In this document: piece by piece, positions 9,020 through 17,437 of the stretch
How positions within the stretch are numbered: position 1 is the first letter of the stretch
Layout of the letters: every line of letters begins with the position of its first letter
DNA from: Pseudolysinimonas sp.
GTDB taxonomy: Bacteria > Actinomycetota > Actinomycetes > Actinomycetales > Microbacteriaceae
Direction of reading: 5' to 3'
Assembly: GCA_039917005.1 (NCBI GenBank)
Contig: JBDSKH010000067.1
Span: 1-34,265 of the forward strand
Length of the DNA stretch: 34,265 bases
Made by a program: the position numbers and the translations under genes
Notes under the pieces: generated by a model
What the model was told of the DNA's origin: nothing
The model's database searches: none
The model's input: only the letters and a program-made list of their open reading frames with translations

Positions 9020-9049
9020 TTGCCTCCGCGACCGTGCCGGGTCTAGCCT
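9020..9049 (+). promoter_or_regulatory. Putative sigma-70-type promoter for the sORF/ABC exporter unit
   Basis: TTGCCT (9020-9025), an 18-nt spacer and TAGCCT (9044-9049). This predicts a TSS near 9056. The -10 lies inside an imperfect 12-bp inverted repeat (9032-9043 / 9069-9080). Confidence 0.35.
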
Positions 9050-9098
9050 GGAAGGCTGCGCGGTGATGGACCGGGCACGGAGAAACGGGGAGGTCACG

Positions 9099-9176
9099 AT
9101 GAAGATGAGCGGACGAACGATGAAGGTCGTGTCGCGTATCGTCGCCGTCGGCGGCCTTCCGGCACCGCGGCGTTAG
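9099..9176 (+). CDS. 25-codon small ORF (possible leader peptide): [25 protein letters not shown]
   Basis: ATG 9099 is 5 nt after a strong SD, GGGGAGG (9087-9093). The stop is TAG 9174-9176. It lies 101 nt upstream of the ABC exporter start. GC3 is lower than in neighbouring genes, so coding status is uncertain. Confidence 0.3.
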   Translation: MKMSGRTMKVVSRIVAVGGLPAPRR

Positions 9177-9277
9177 CTGCCTGTCAGACCCCGTCCTCCC
9201 TGGCGGCCCATCGGCCGCATCACCACCGCCACCATCCGATCGGGACGCTTTTGCGTCCGCTCGACCCGGAAACAGTC

Positions 9278-11101
9278 ATGCCTGATACCCACCTCACCGA
9301 GCCCGTCCCCGTGCGCGGAACCATCCGCACCATCGCCCGGCTCTATCCGTTCGTGCGCCCTGCGCTGCCCCGCATCGTGCTCGGCATGGTCGCGGCGCTC
9401 CTCGCCGCCATCGTGTCCCTCGCCATCCCGCTCGTCCTGCAGAATCTCGTCGACGGCCCGCTGTCGACGGGGGACGGCGCGCAGATCTGGCCGGCAGCCC
9501 TCGTGGTGCTGGTGCTCGGCGTGCTCGAGGCGTTGCTGATCCTCGCCCGCCGCTGGTTCGTCCTGACACCCGGTACGCACGTCGAGGCGAAGTTGCGCAA
9601 CACGCTCTACGCGAAGCTGCAGGACCTGCCGGTCGCGTTCCACGACCGCTGGCAGAGCGGGCAGCTGCTGTCGCGTGCGATGAGCGACCTCGGCCTGATC
9701 CGTCGCTGGCTCGCCTTCGGCATCGTGCTGCTCGTCGTCAACTTCGTGACCATCGTGATCGGCTTCGTGGTCCTCTTCTTCTGGAGCTGGATGCTCGGCC
9801 TGGTGTTCCTGGTGTGCTCGATCCCGCTCTGGATCTACGGCTTCGTCTTCGAGAACAAGTACTCCGCCGTCGCGCGCAGGTCGCAAGATCAGCAGGGCGA
9901 CCTCGCGACCGCCGTGGAGGAGTCGGTGCACGGCATCCGGGTGCTCAAGGCCTTCGGGCGCGGGCGCCACTCGCTGGAGAAGTTCACCCGGCAGGCCGAG
10001 GAGCTGCGCGGCACCGAGATCGAGAAGGCCAAGGCGATTGCCGGCATCTGGCTGTGGCTGCTGCTGGTGCCCGACGTGGCCTTCGCGCTGTGCCTGCTCG
10101 GTGGGATCTGGCTGGCGTCGAACGATCAGATGACGATCGGGCAGCTGTTCGCGTTCTTCGCGACGGCGACCATCCTGCGCTGGCCGATCGAGTCGATCGG
10201 TTTCCTACTCTCGATGACGTTCGAGACGCGCACGGCTGTCGATCGCCTGTTCGAGGTGCTCGATGAGGAGAACCCGATCGTCGATCCCGTCTCGCCGAAG
10301 CACATCCAGCACCCCGAGGGGCGCCTGAAGTTCGACGGCGCCCATTTCCGGTATCAGGACTCACCGGCATCGGTGCCCGACATCCTGGACGGCATCGACC
10401 TCGAGCTCGAGCCGGGCGAGACGATGGCCCTCGTGGGCCTGACCGGCTCGGGCAAGACGACCCTGACCGCGCTCGCGACCCGGCTCTACGACGTGACCGG
10501 GGGAGCGGTGCGCCTGGACGGCGTCGACATCCGCGACCTAACGCGCGAGGAGCTGCGGTCGCACATCGCGATGGCGTTCGAGGACGCGACCCTGTTCTCG
10601 GCCTCGGTGCGCGAGAACGTGCTGCTAGGGCGCCCGGAGCTCGCCGACGGCGGGCCGGTTGCCGATGCGGCGCTCGCGGAGGCGCTCGACATCGCACAGG
10701 CCGACTTCGTGGCCGACCTGCCTGAGGGGGCCGAGACCCGCGTCGGAGAGGAGGGCCTCTCGCTCTCCGGTGGCCAGCGCCAGCGTCTCGCGCTCGCCCG
10801 CGCCGTCGCCGCCCGCCCCGCCGTGCTCGTGCTCGACGACCCGCTCTCGGCGCTCGACGTCGACACCGAGGCACGCGTCGAGGCCGGCCTCCGCCGGGTG
10901 CTCGCGACGACGACTGCGCTCGTGGTGGCGCACCGCCCCTCGACCGTCATGCTCGCCGACCGGGTCGCGCTGCTCGAGAACGGGCGCATCACCGCGGTGG
11001 GAACCCATTCCCACCTGCTGGCCACCAACGACCACTACCGGTTCGTCATCTCGTCGCTCGACGACGATCGCCAGACCGAGACAGAGGAGGTGAACGCGTG
11101 A
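9278..11101 (+). CDS. ABC exporter, fused permease/ATPase, subunit 1 of a heterodimer (degenerate Walker B)
   Basis: An N-terminal 6-TM exporter domain is followed by Walker [10 protein letters not shown], signature LSGGQRQR and Walker [13 protein letters not shown]. In the Walker B motif, Asp replaces the catalytic Glu. The start is chosen at ATG 9278 (MPDTHLTEP...). Confidence 0.9.
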   Translation: MPDTHLTEPVPVRGTIRTIARLYPFVRPALPRIVLGMVAALLAAIVSLAIPLVLQNLVDGPLSTGDGAQIWPAALVVLVLGVLEALLILARRWFVLTPGTHVEAKLRNTLYAKLQDLPVAFHDRWQSGQLLSRAMSDLGLIRRWLAFGIVLLVVNFVTIVIGFVVLFFWSWMLGLVFLVCSIPLWIYGFVFENKYSAVARRSQDQQGDLATAVEESVHGIRVLKAFGRGRHSLEKFTRQAEELRGTEIEKAKAIAGIWLWLLLVPDVAFALCLLGGIWLASNDQMTIGQLFAFFATATILRWPIESIGFLLSMTFETRTAVDRLFEVLDEENPIVDPVSPKHIQHPEGRLKFDGAHFRYQDSPASVPDILDGIDLELEPGETMALVGLTGSGKTTLTALATRLYDVTGGAVRLDGVDIRDLTREELRSHIAMAFEDATLFSASVRENVLLGRPELADGGPVADAALAEALDIAQADFVADLPEGAETRVGEEGLSLSGGQRQRLALARAVAARPAVLVLDDPLSALDVDTEARVEAGLRRVLATTTALVVAHRPSTVMLADRVALLENGRITAVGTHSHLLATNDHYRFVISSLDDDRQTETEEVNA

Positions 11102-12903
11102 CCGTCACCGGAGTAGAGGGAGAAGAGCGCGACGACTACACGCGCGCCGAGAGCCGCTCGGTGCGAGAGCGCTCGATCCGGCTGCTGCGATCACTGCTGA
11201 CCCCGCTGCGCGGGCGGCTCGTGCTCACGCTCGTCGTCGTGGTCGCGAGCACCGCCCTCCAGGTCGCGGGGCCGGCGCTGATCGCCTTCGGCATCGACCA
11301 GGGGCTCCCCGCGCTCACCGAGGGCGACCCGCAGCCGGCGATCTTCGTCGTCGCGGCGTACCTTCTCGCGGGCATCGCGGGTGCCGTCCTGATCTCGCAG
11401 TACACGATGCTGTCGGCGCGCATCAGCCAGGCCGTGCTGCTCGAACTGCGCAAGCGGGTCTACCTGCATGCCCAGCGCCTCAGCCTGGAGTTCCACGAGA
11501 GCTACACGTCGGGGCGCATCATCGCGCGTCAGACGAGCGACCTCGAGGCCATCCGCGAACTGCTCGACGAGGGTGTCAACGGGCTCGTCCGCGGCGTGCT
11601 CTACATGGGGTTCGTGGCGATCGCGCTCGTGGCGCTCGACCCGTGGAGCGGGCTCGTGCTCGCCGGCTCGCTCGTGCCGCTGTTCCTGCTCACGCGCTGG
11701 TTCCAGGTGCGGTCGCAGCAGTCGTTCCGGGCGACCCGCACCTACTCGGCGCGTTTGATCGTGCATTTCGTGGAGACGATGACCGGCATCCGCGCGGTCA
11801 AGGCGTTCCGCAAAGAGGCACGTAACGAGACGCAGTACGCCGAGCATGTCGAGGACTACCGCCATGCCAACGCGCGCGTGATCCGGCTGTTCGGCATCTT
11901 CGATCCCGGTCTCATCCTGATCGGCAACGTGGCCGTCGGCGTCGTGCTGCTGGTCGGCGGGTTCCGCGTGGTGGGCGGTGCGCTCGAGGTGGGCGCGCTG
12001 CTCGCAGTGGTGCTCTACACCCGCCGGTTCTTCGACCCGATGGAGGAGATGGCGCAGTTCTACAACTCCTACCAGTCGGCCGCGGCGGCCCTCGAGAAGA
12101 TCTCCGGCGTGCTGGAAGAGCAGCCGAGCGTCGCCGATCCGACACAGCCGATCGATCTGTGGCACGCTCGCGGCGCCGTCGACTTCGACGACGTCCGATT
12201 CGCCTACAAGGCGGACCGCGTCGTGCTCCCCGACTTCGACCTGCGCATCCCTGCCGGCCAGACGGTCGCCCTGGTGGGCTCCACCGGAGCAGGCAAGTCG
12301 ACCCTCGCCAAGCTGCTGGCGCGCTTCTACGACCCCACAGCAGGCACCATCACGCTGGATGGCGTCGACCTGCGCAGCCTGCATCCGAAGGACCTGCGGC
12401 GGGCGATCGTCATGGTCACGCAGGAGGCATACCTGTTCTGCGGCACGGTGGCGGAGAACATCTCGCTCGGCAAGCCGGATGCCACCTACGAGCAGATCCG
12501 GGATGCCGCGCGCGCCGTGGGTGCGGACGAGTTCATCATGGCGCTCCCCGACGGCTACGACACGGACGTGAACAAGCGTGGAGGCAGGGTCTCGGCCGGA
12601 CAGCGACAGCTGCTGTCCTTCGCGCGCGCGTTCATCGCCGACCCGGCCGTGCTCATCCTGGACGAGGCGACCGCGTCCCTCGACATCCCGAGCGAGCGAC
12701 TCGTGCAGGAGGGCCTGACGACCCTGCTGTCCGACCGCACGGCGATCATCATCGCGCACCGGCTGTCGACGGTCGCGATCGCCGATCGGGTGCTGGTGAT
12801 GGAACTGGGACGCATCGTCGAGGACGGCGCCCCGGCCGACCTCATCGCCGGGACCGGCCGATTCTCGAAGCTTCACGCGGCCTGGCGAGAATCTCTGGTC
12901 TGA
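11098..12903 (+). CDS. ABC exporter, fused permease/ATPase, subunit 2 of a heterodimer (non-canonical signature)
   Basis: GTG 11098 overlaps the upstream stop (GTGA) and is preceded by GAGGAGG. Motifs are Walker [10 protein letters not shown], signature VSAGQRQL and Walker [12 protein letters not shown]. Confidence 0.9.
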   Translation: MTVTGVEGEERDDYTRAESRSVRERSIRLLRSLLTPLRGRLVLTLVVVVASTALQVAGPALIAFGIDQGLPALTEGDPQPAIFVVAAYLLAGIAGAVLISQYTMLSARISQAVLLELRKRVYLHAQRLSLEFHESYTSGRIIARQTSDLEAIRELLDEGVNGLVRGVLYMGFVAIALVALDPWSGLVLAGSLVPLFLLTRWFQVRSQQSFRATRTYSARLIVHFVETMTGIRAVKAFRKEARNETQYAEHVEDYRHANARVIRLFGIFDPGLILIGNVAVGVVLLVGGFRVVGGALEVGALLAVVLYTRRFFDPMEEMAQFYNSYQSAAAALEKISGVLEEQPSVADPTQPIDLWHARGAVDFDDVRFAYKADRVVLPDFDLRIPAGQTVALVGSTGAGKSTLAKLLARFYDPTAGTITLDGVDLRSLHPKDLRRAIVMVTQEAYLFCGTVAENISLGKPDATYEQIRDAARAVGADEFIMALPDGYDTDVNKRGGRVSAGQRQLLSFARAFIADPAVLILDEATASLDIPSERLVQEGLTTLLSDRTAIIIAHRLSTVAIADRVLVMELGRIVEDGAPADLIAGTGRFSKLHAAWRESLV

Positions 12904-12967
12904 TTCTGATTCCGATGTAGAGAAGCGGGCTGCGGCTCCGACCTCAGTGAAACGAAAGGAGCACCAC

Positions 12968-13411
12968 ATGCCCACCATCACCCCGTTCCTGTGGTTCGAC
13001 AGCGACCTGGAGCAGGCGATCGAGTTCTACGGCTCGATCTTCGGTGACGCGAAAGTGACCGAAGTGCAGCGCGCCCCTGACGGATCGCTGTTCGTCGCGA
13101 GCTTCGAGTTGCTGGGCCAGCGGTTCCAGGGTCTCAACGGAGGCCCCGGCCACCCGCAGACGGACGCGTTCTCGATCTTCGTTGCGGTCAAGGGCCAGGA
13201 CGAGGTCGACCACTACTGGGAGGCGCTGCTCGCGGGTGGCGGTCACCCGACCGCGTGCGGCTGGTTGGTCGACCGGTTCGGGCTGGCCTGGCAGGTCATC
13301 CCGGAAGAGCTCATGTCCTGCTTGAGCGACCCCGACCCGGAGAAGGCGCAGTACGCGATGCAGGCGATGCTGAAGCAGGAGAAGATCGTGATCTCCGAGC
13401 TGACCGCGTAG
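12968..13411 (+). CDS. VOC-superfamily protein, PhnB-like (3-demethylubiquinone-9 3-methyltransferase-domain fold)
   Basis: ATG 12968 follows GAAAGGAG. The N-terminus MPTITPFLWFDSDLEQAIEFYGSIFGDAKV is characteristic of the family. Confidence 0.8.
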   Translation: MPTITPFLWFDSDLEQAIEFYGSIFGDAKVTEVQRAPDGSLFVASFELLGQRFQGLNGGPGHPQTDAFSIFVAVKGQDEVDHYWEALLAGGGHPTACGWLVDRFGLAWQVIPEELMSCLSDPDPEKAQYAMQAMLKQEKIVISELTA

Positions 13412-13446
13412 CGGGTCTCGACACGCGGCTGCGCCGCTACTCGACC
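13412..13446. repeat. 35-bp intergenic/3'-end element, copy B (VOC / ATL convergent junction)
   Basis: CGGGTCTCGACACGCGGCTGCGCCGCTACTCGACC. It has the same 25-nt gap and the same V-E-stop ending for the minus-strand gene. Confidence 0.6.
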
Positions 13447-13787
13447 GGCGGGTTGTAGCGCGCCACGCGCAGATCGACCCGGAAGCTCGAGCGATCGGCT
13501 GACCAGACGAGAGGCGTGCCCTCCGAGCGGTAGTGCTCGAGGGCACGTCTCTCGTGGTCGGTGACGGGATGCCCGGAGGCGCGGACGACTCTCCACCACG
13601 GCACGTCGCCGCCGTACCACGCCATCACGGCTCCGACGGCGCGGGGTGCGCGGGATCCGATCGCGGAGGCGACGTCGCCGTAGGCCATCGCCATGCCTTC
13701 GGGAATGCCGGCCACGACATCCAGAACCGCCTCGGCGAACTCGGGGTTCGGCTCGCGGGGCGCTCGCGGCACGTCAGAACGGGCCAC
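13437..13787 (-). CDS. MGMT-family DNA-binding protein lacking the acceptor Cys (alkyltransferase-like, ATL)
   Basis: It contains the helix-turn-helix region IPEGMAMAYGDVASAIGSRAPRAVG. The PCHRV active-site motif is replaced by PWWRV. It starts 7 nt after the GNAT stop. Confidence 0.8.
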   Translation of the reverse strand: MARSDVPRAPREPNPEFAEAVLDVVAGIPEGMAMAYGDVASAIGSRAPRAVGAVMAWYGGDVPWWRVVRASGHPVTDHERRALEHYRSEGTPLVWSADRSSFRVDLRVARYNPPVE

Positions 13788-13794
13788 GCGGTGC

Positions 13795-14247
13795 CTACAG
13801 GGCCAGCGCGCCCAGCTTCTCGCCGTACGGCGTCTCGCCCACGACCTCGAAGCCGACCGCCTGGAAGAACTTCTCGGGGCCGCCCTCGCCGGTTGCCCAC
13901 ACGACGGTGGCGCGATCGAATCCGCGGGCGCGCGCCTCGTCGGCGAACGCCTTCACCGCGAATTTGCCGACGCCCTTGCCCTGGGCGTTGCCGGCGACGT
14001 CGATGCGCCAGATCGCGGCACGCAGGAAGTCCTCGGGCGCGTCCTTGTCGAAGTTGCCCATGATGTAGCCGACTACCTCGTCGCCGTCGCGGATCACGCG
14101 CGGCCAGGAGTTGGCCGGATCGAGCGTCTGCTCGAGGTGCTCGTAGGTCTCGGGCTCGAGGACTGCCTCCTGGCCCGGCTTCAGGGTCAGCCCGTTCGCG
14201 GCAGCCGCGGTCTCCGCGCCTAGTTCTTCGAGTCTCAGCTCCGCCAT
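13795..14247 (-). CDS. GNAT-family N-acetyltransferase
   Basis: The protein is 150 aa. It has the acetyl-CoA pocket motif NAQGKGVGKFAVKAF and the C-terminal FFQAVGFEVVGE. Confidence 0.8.
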   Translation of the reverse strand: MAELRLEELGAETAAAANGLTLKPGQEAVLEPETYEHLEQTLDPANSWPRVIRDGDEVVGYIMGNFDKDAPEDFLRAAIWRIDVAGNAQGKGVGKFAVKAFADEARARGFDRATVVWATGEGGPEKFFQAVGFEVVGETPYGEKLGALAL

Positions 14248-14253
14248 GCGACC

Positions 14254-14259
14254 AGGCTA
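14254..14259 (-). promoter_or_regulatory. -10-like hexamer TAGCCT, 6 nt upstream of the GNAT ATG (leaderless configuration)
   Basis: The minus strand reads TAGCCT-ggtcgc-ATG. There is no SD. Confidence 0.4.
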
Positions 14260-14280
14260 ACCCCTGCCGCCGCGATCGAT

Positions 14281-14308
14281 CGATATGTCTCGACATCGAG
14301 ATATCTCG
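14281..14308. promoter_or_regulatory. Two adjacent copies of a 12-bp AT-rich motif (CGATATGTCTCG / palindromic CGAGATATCTCG); candidate operator in the GNAT-icd divergent region
   Basis: CGAGATATCTCG (14297-14308) is a perfect palindrome. A 10/12 copy lies at 14281-14292. An overlapping palindrome, TCTCGAcaTCGAGA, is at 14288-14301. The motifs sit where a -35 for the icd -10 would lie. Confidence 0.35.
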
Positions 14309-14317
14309 GAATGCGGC

Positions 14318-14323
14318 TAGGCT
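14318..14323 (+). promoter_or_regulatory. -10-like hexamer TAGGCT, 6 nt upstream of the icd GTG (leaderless configuration)
   Basis: The sequence reads TAGGCT-ttccac-GTG. There is no SD. Confidence 0.45.
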
Positions 14324-14329
14324 TTCCAC

Positions 14330-15544
14330 GTGGACAAGATCAAGGTCGAGGGAACGGTCGTCGAGCTCGACGGCGACGAGATGACGCGCATCATCTGGCA
14401 GTTCATCAAGGACCGCCTCATCCACCCGTATCTCGACCTCCCGCTCGAGTACTACGACCTGGGCATCGAGAACCGCGACGCGACCGACGACCAGGTCACC
14501 ATCGACGCCGCCCACGCCATCCAGAAGCACGGGGTCGGCGTCAAGTGCGCGACCATCACTCCCGATGAGGCCCGCGTCGAGGAGTTCGGCCTCAAGCAGA
14601 TGTGGAAGAGCCCGAACGGCACGATCCGCAACATCCTCGGCGGCGTGATCTTCCGCGAGCCGATCATCATCTCCAACATCCCGCGCCTGGTGCCGGGGTG
14701 GAACAAGCCGATCATCGTCGGGCGCCACGCGTTCGGCGACCAGTACAAGGCGACCGACTTCCGCTTCGAGGGCAAGGGAACGCTGACCATCTCGTTCCAG
14801 CCTGAGGGGGGCGGCGAGGCGCAGACCTTCGAGGTCTTCCAGGCGCCCGGGTCGGGCGTCGCCATGGCGATGTACAACCTGGATGCGTCGATCCGCGACT
14901 TCGCGCGCGCCTCGCTGAACTACGGGCTGGCTCGCAATTACCCGGTGTATCTGTCGACGAAGAACACGATCCTCAAGGCCTACGACGGCCGGTTCAAGGA
15001 CATCTTTGAGGAGATCTTCGAGGCCGAGTTCAAGGCCGACTTCGACAAGGCCGGACTGACCTACGAGCACCGCCTGATCGACGACATGGTCGCCTCGGCC
15101 CTCAAGTGGGAGGGCGGCTACGTCTGGGCCACCAAGAACTACGACGGTGATGTGCAGAGCGACACCGTCGCGCAGGGCTTCGGCTCGCTCGGGCTCATGA
15201 CCTCGGTACTGACCACGCCGGATGGGGCCATCGTCGAGGCCGAGGCGGCGCACGGCACGGTCACGCGGCACTTCCGCATGCACCAGCAGGGCAAGCCCAC
15301 CTCCACGAACCCGATCGCCTCGATCTACGCGTGGACCCGTGGCCTTCAGCACCGAGGCAAGCTCGATGGCAACCAGAAGCTCATCGACTTCGCGTCGACC
15401 CTCGAGGACGTCGTCATCACGACGGTCGAGAGCGGCAAGATGACCAAGGATCTGGCCACCCTGATCTCAGACGATGCTCCGTACCTGACGACCGAGGACT
15501 TCCTCGCCGCGCTCGACGAGAACCTGCGAGCGCGCCTGGGCTAG
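14330..15544 (+). CDS. icd: NADP-dependent isocitrate dehydrogenase, homodimeric eukaryotic-like type
   Basis: The protein is 404 aa. Motifs are [43 protein letters not shown] and GTVTRH. Confidence 0.95.
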   Translation: MDKIKVEGTVVELDGDEMTRIIWQFIKDRLIHPYLDLPLEYYDLGIENRDATDDQVTIDAAHAIQKHGVGVKCATITPDEARVEEFGLKQMWKSPNGTIRNILGGVIFREPIIISNIPRLVPGWNKPIIVGRHAFGDQYKATDFRFEGKGTLTISFQPEGGGEAQTFEVFQAPGSGVAMAMYNLDASIRDFARASLNYGLARNYPVYLSTKNTILKAYDGRFKDIFEEIFEAEFKADFDKAGLTYEHRLIDDMVASALKWEGGYVWATKNYDGDVQSDTVAQGFGSLGLMTSVLTTPDGAIVEAEAAHGTVTRHFRMHQQGKPTSTNPIASIYAWTRGLQHRGKLDGNQKLIDFASTLEDVVITTVESGKMTKDLATLISDDAPYLTTEDFLAALDENLRARLG

Positions 15545-16125
15545 CCCTTCTGCGGGTAGATCGTCTCGCCCCTCTCGAGCATCGCCACGAATTCGGCGAT
15601 CTTGCGTGCCCGCGTTTCGGGGCGCTTGACGCCGTTTATCCGGAAGATGATCGCGAACGAGTTCTGCTTCGTGAGCGTCGCGTACTTCGCCGCGGCCGCC
15701 GGCGACGCGTCGAGCGCGGCCTGGAGGTCGGGCGGCGGCGCGGCATCCTTCTGCCGGTAGGCCGCATCCCATCGACCGTCGCCCTTGGCGCGATCGATCT
15801 CGGCCTGACCGCCGGGGCGCATCAGCCCCGCCTCGATCAACCGAGCGACGTGGCCCTGATTGATCACCGACCAGGGGCTGTTCTTGCGACGCGGCGTGAA
15901 GGCCTGCAAGGTGTAGTCGTCGTCGAGACGGCCGGCCTGGCCGTCGATCCAGCCGTAGCAGAGCGCCACATCGACAGCCTCCTGCCAGGTGATGCCCGGG
16001 GCGTTCGAGGTCTTCTTGCGCAGCCGCAGACGCACGCCGTCGTCGTGCGGGTCGGACTCGAGGAAATCGCGCCATTCGTCGGCCGAGGCGAAGTAGTGGA
16101 CAGGTTTATCTGCGAACGACGCCAT
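15541..16125 (-). CDS. YdeI/OmpD-associated (bacteriocin-protection-like) family protein
   Basis: The protein is 194 aa. Motifs are [19 protein letters not shown] and the C-terminal [14 protein letters not shown]. Its stop shares CTAG with the icd stop. Confidence 0.7.
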   Translation of the reverse strand: MASFADKPVHYFASADEWRDFLESDPHDDGVRLRLRKKTSNAPGITWQEAVDVALCYGWIDGQAGRLDDDYTLQAFTPRRKNSPWSVINQGHVARLIEAGLMRPGGQAEIDRAKGDGRWDAAYRQKDAAPPPDLQAALDASPAAAAKYATLTKQNSFAIIFRINGVKRPETRARKIAEFVAMLERGETIYPQKG

Positions 16126-16134
16126 GCGTCGATC

Positions 16135-16800
16135 CTATGAAGAGCGTCCGACGCTGAACGGCCCGCTCAGCACCGCCCACTGCAGCAGCATGATGGTCTT
16201 CGCATCCACGATGCCGGCTCCGATCTGCGCCACGGCGTCGTCGATATCCAGCTCGATCACCTCGATCTGCTCGCCCTCGTCGACGAGGCCGCCGCCGGCG
16301 TGCCGTGCCGTGTCGGCGCTGTACGGCGCCGCGTAGAAGTGCAGCCGCTCGGTCACCGACCCGGGGCTCATGAACACGTCGAAGACATGCTCGAGCTCGC
16401 CCACCTCGTGACCGGTCTCCTCGATCGCCTCACGCCGGATCGCGGCCTCCGGCGCGTCGTCGTCGAGCAGGCCGGCGGCGGTCTCGATCAGCATGCCGTC
16501 GGGATGGTCGTTCACGTAGACCGGGTAGCGGAACTGCCGCGTCAGCAGCACCGTACGGCGCTCACGGTCGTACAGCAGGATCGTGGCGCCGTTGCCGCGG
16601 TCATAGGTCTCGGCGGTCTTGCGCACCCATGCCCCTGCGGCATCCCGCTGCTCGAAGGTGGTGCGGCGCAGCACATGCCAGGCGGTGGCGACCAGCTCGA
16701 CGTCGGTCACCCGCACATCCGGATTGCGTGCCAGGTCGCGACCGAGGAGGTGCAGGCCGGTGCGGCCGCGGGCGTCGGGTTCGTCTTCGCCGAGGGTCAT
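16135..16800 (-). CDS. NUDIX hydrolase (nucleoside-diphosphate-sugar pyrophosphatase-like)
   Basis: It has the Nudix box GLLDDDAPEAAIRREAIEETGHEV. The protein is 221 aa. Confidence 0.85.
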   Translation of the reverse strand: MTLGEDEPDARGRTGLHLLGRDLARNPDVRVTDVELVATAWHVLRRTTFEQRDAAGAWVRKTAETYDRGNGATILLYDRERRTVLLTRQFRYPVYVNDHPDGMLIETAAGLLDDDAPEAAIRREAIEETGHEVGELEHVFDVFMSPGSVTERLHFYAAPYSADTARHAGGGLVDEGEQIEVIELDIDDAVAQIGAGIVDAKTIMLLQWAVLSGPFSVGRSS

Positions 16801-16806
16801 GGGACC

Positions 16807-16812
16807 ACGCTA
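16807..16812 (-). promoter_or_regulatory. -10-like hexamer TAGCGT, 6 nt upstream of the NUDIX ATG (leaderless configuration)
   Basis: The minus strand reads TAGCGT-ggtccc-ATG. Confidence 0.4.
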
Positions 16813-16846
16813 GAGCGGCGGGCGTGTCTAACTACGGATAAACCGC

Positions 16847-16875
16847 ACCGCCGAGCCCACTATGAGCTCGGCGGT
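16847..16875 (-). terminator. Stem-loop downstream of hsp20 (candidate intrinsic terminator)
   Basis: A perfect 10-bp stem, ACCGCCGAGC / GCTCGGCGGT, encloses a 9-nt loop. On the minus-strand RNA it is followed by GCGGUUUAUCC, so the U-tract is weak. Confidence 0.45.
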
Positions 16876-16914
16876 CCGGTTGTGCCGTAGTTGGGTCGGC
16901 TTCCCGACGCGTGC

Positions 16915-17325
16915 CTACGCGGCGGCCTTGACCTTCGCGGCCTTGACGGGCGCCGCGGGGGCGGCCGACGCGGTGGGCTGCACCACGATCTTGCGCGGCT
17001 TGGCTTTCTCGGCGACCGGGATGACGACGCTCAGGACGCCGTTCTCGTAGTTGGCCGAGATGCCCGAGGTGTCGACGTTCTGACCGAGCGAGAAGCGACG
17101 CAGGAAGGTGCCCGTGCGGCGCTCTCGCGCGATCCAGGTCACGCCCTCGGCGCTGGGGGCCGGACGTTCGGCACGGATGCTGAGCAGCTGGCCATCGACG
17201 TTCACGTCGACGCTGGCCGGGTCGATGCCCGGAAGATCGGCGTTCAGCACGTAGCTGTCGCCGGTGCGGGAGAGATCCATCGGCATGAGCCGCGGACCCT
17301 GTCGCGAATCGAGATACATCGCCAT
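16915..17325 (-). CDS. Hsp20/alpha-crystallin small heat-shock protein
   Basis: The protein is 136 aa. The alpha-crystallin core includes VLNADLPGIDPASVDVNVDGQLLSIRAER and ANYENGVLSVVIP. There is a strong SD, AGGAGG, before ATG 17325. Confidence 0.9.
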   Translation of the reverse strand: MAMYLDSRQGPRLMPMDLSRTGDSYVLNADLPGIDPASVDVNVDGQLLSIRAERPAPSAEGVTWIARERRTGTFLRRFSLGQNVDTSGISANYENGVLSVVIPVAEKAKPRKIVVQPTASAAPAAPVKAAKVKAAA

Positions 17326-17345
17326 GGTTCCTCCTGAAGAGCTAA

Positions 17346-17366
17346 CTTGAGTCGCCTTGACTCAAC
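17346..17366. promoter_or_regulatory. HAIR-like inverted repeat (HspR operator type)
   Basis: CTTGAGT-cgccttg-ACTCAAC matches the consensus CTTGAGT-N7-ACTCAAG at 13 of 14 positions. It lies 21-41 nt upstream of the hsp20 ATG. Confidence 0.6.
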
Positions 17367-17376
17367 TAGCTCGAAA

Positions 17377-17403
17377 TTAGCACTCGGGCACGCAGAGTGC
17401 CAG
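17377..17403. promoter_or_regulatory. CIRCE-like inverted repeat (HrcA operator type)
   Basis: TTAGCACTC-gggcacgca-GAGTGCCAG is compared with TTAGCACTC-N9-GAGTGCTAA. The left arm is perfect and the right arm matches 7 of 9 positions. It overlaps a TAATTT -10 candidate on the minus strand (17374-17379). Confidence 0.55.
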
Positions 17404-17437
17404 CCTGCTCGCGCAGGGCGAACAGCGCGGTGGAAGC

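Noticed and set aside
9099-12903. The sORF, the DDAH-like enzyme and the two ABC exporters considered together as a RiPP (lasso or citrulline-modified peptide) cluster.
   Set aside because: There is no maturation machinery (no B/C-type lasso enzymes, YcaO, radical SAM or lanthionine synthetase). The peptide has no obvious leader/core architecture. The DDAH-like gene looks attached to the purH unit. I kept this only as a remote alternative in the sORF finding.
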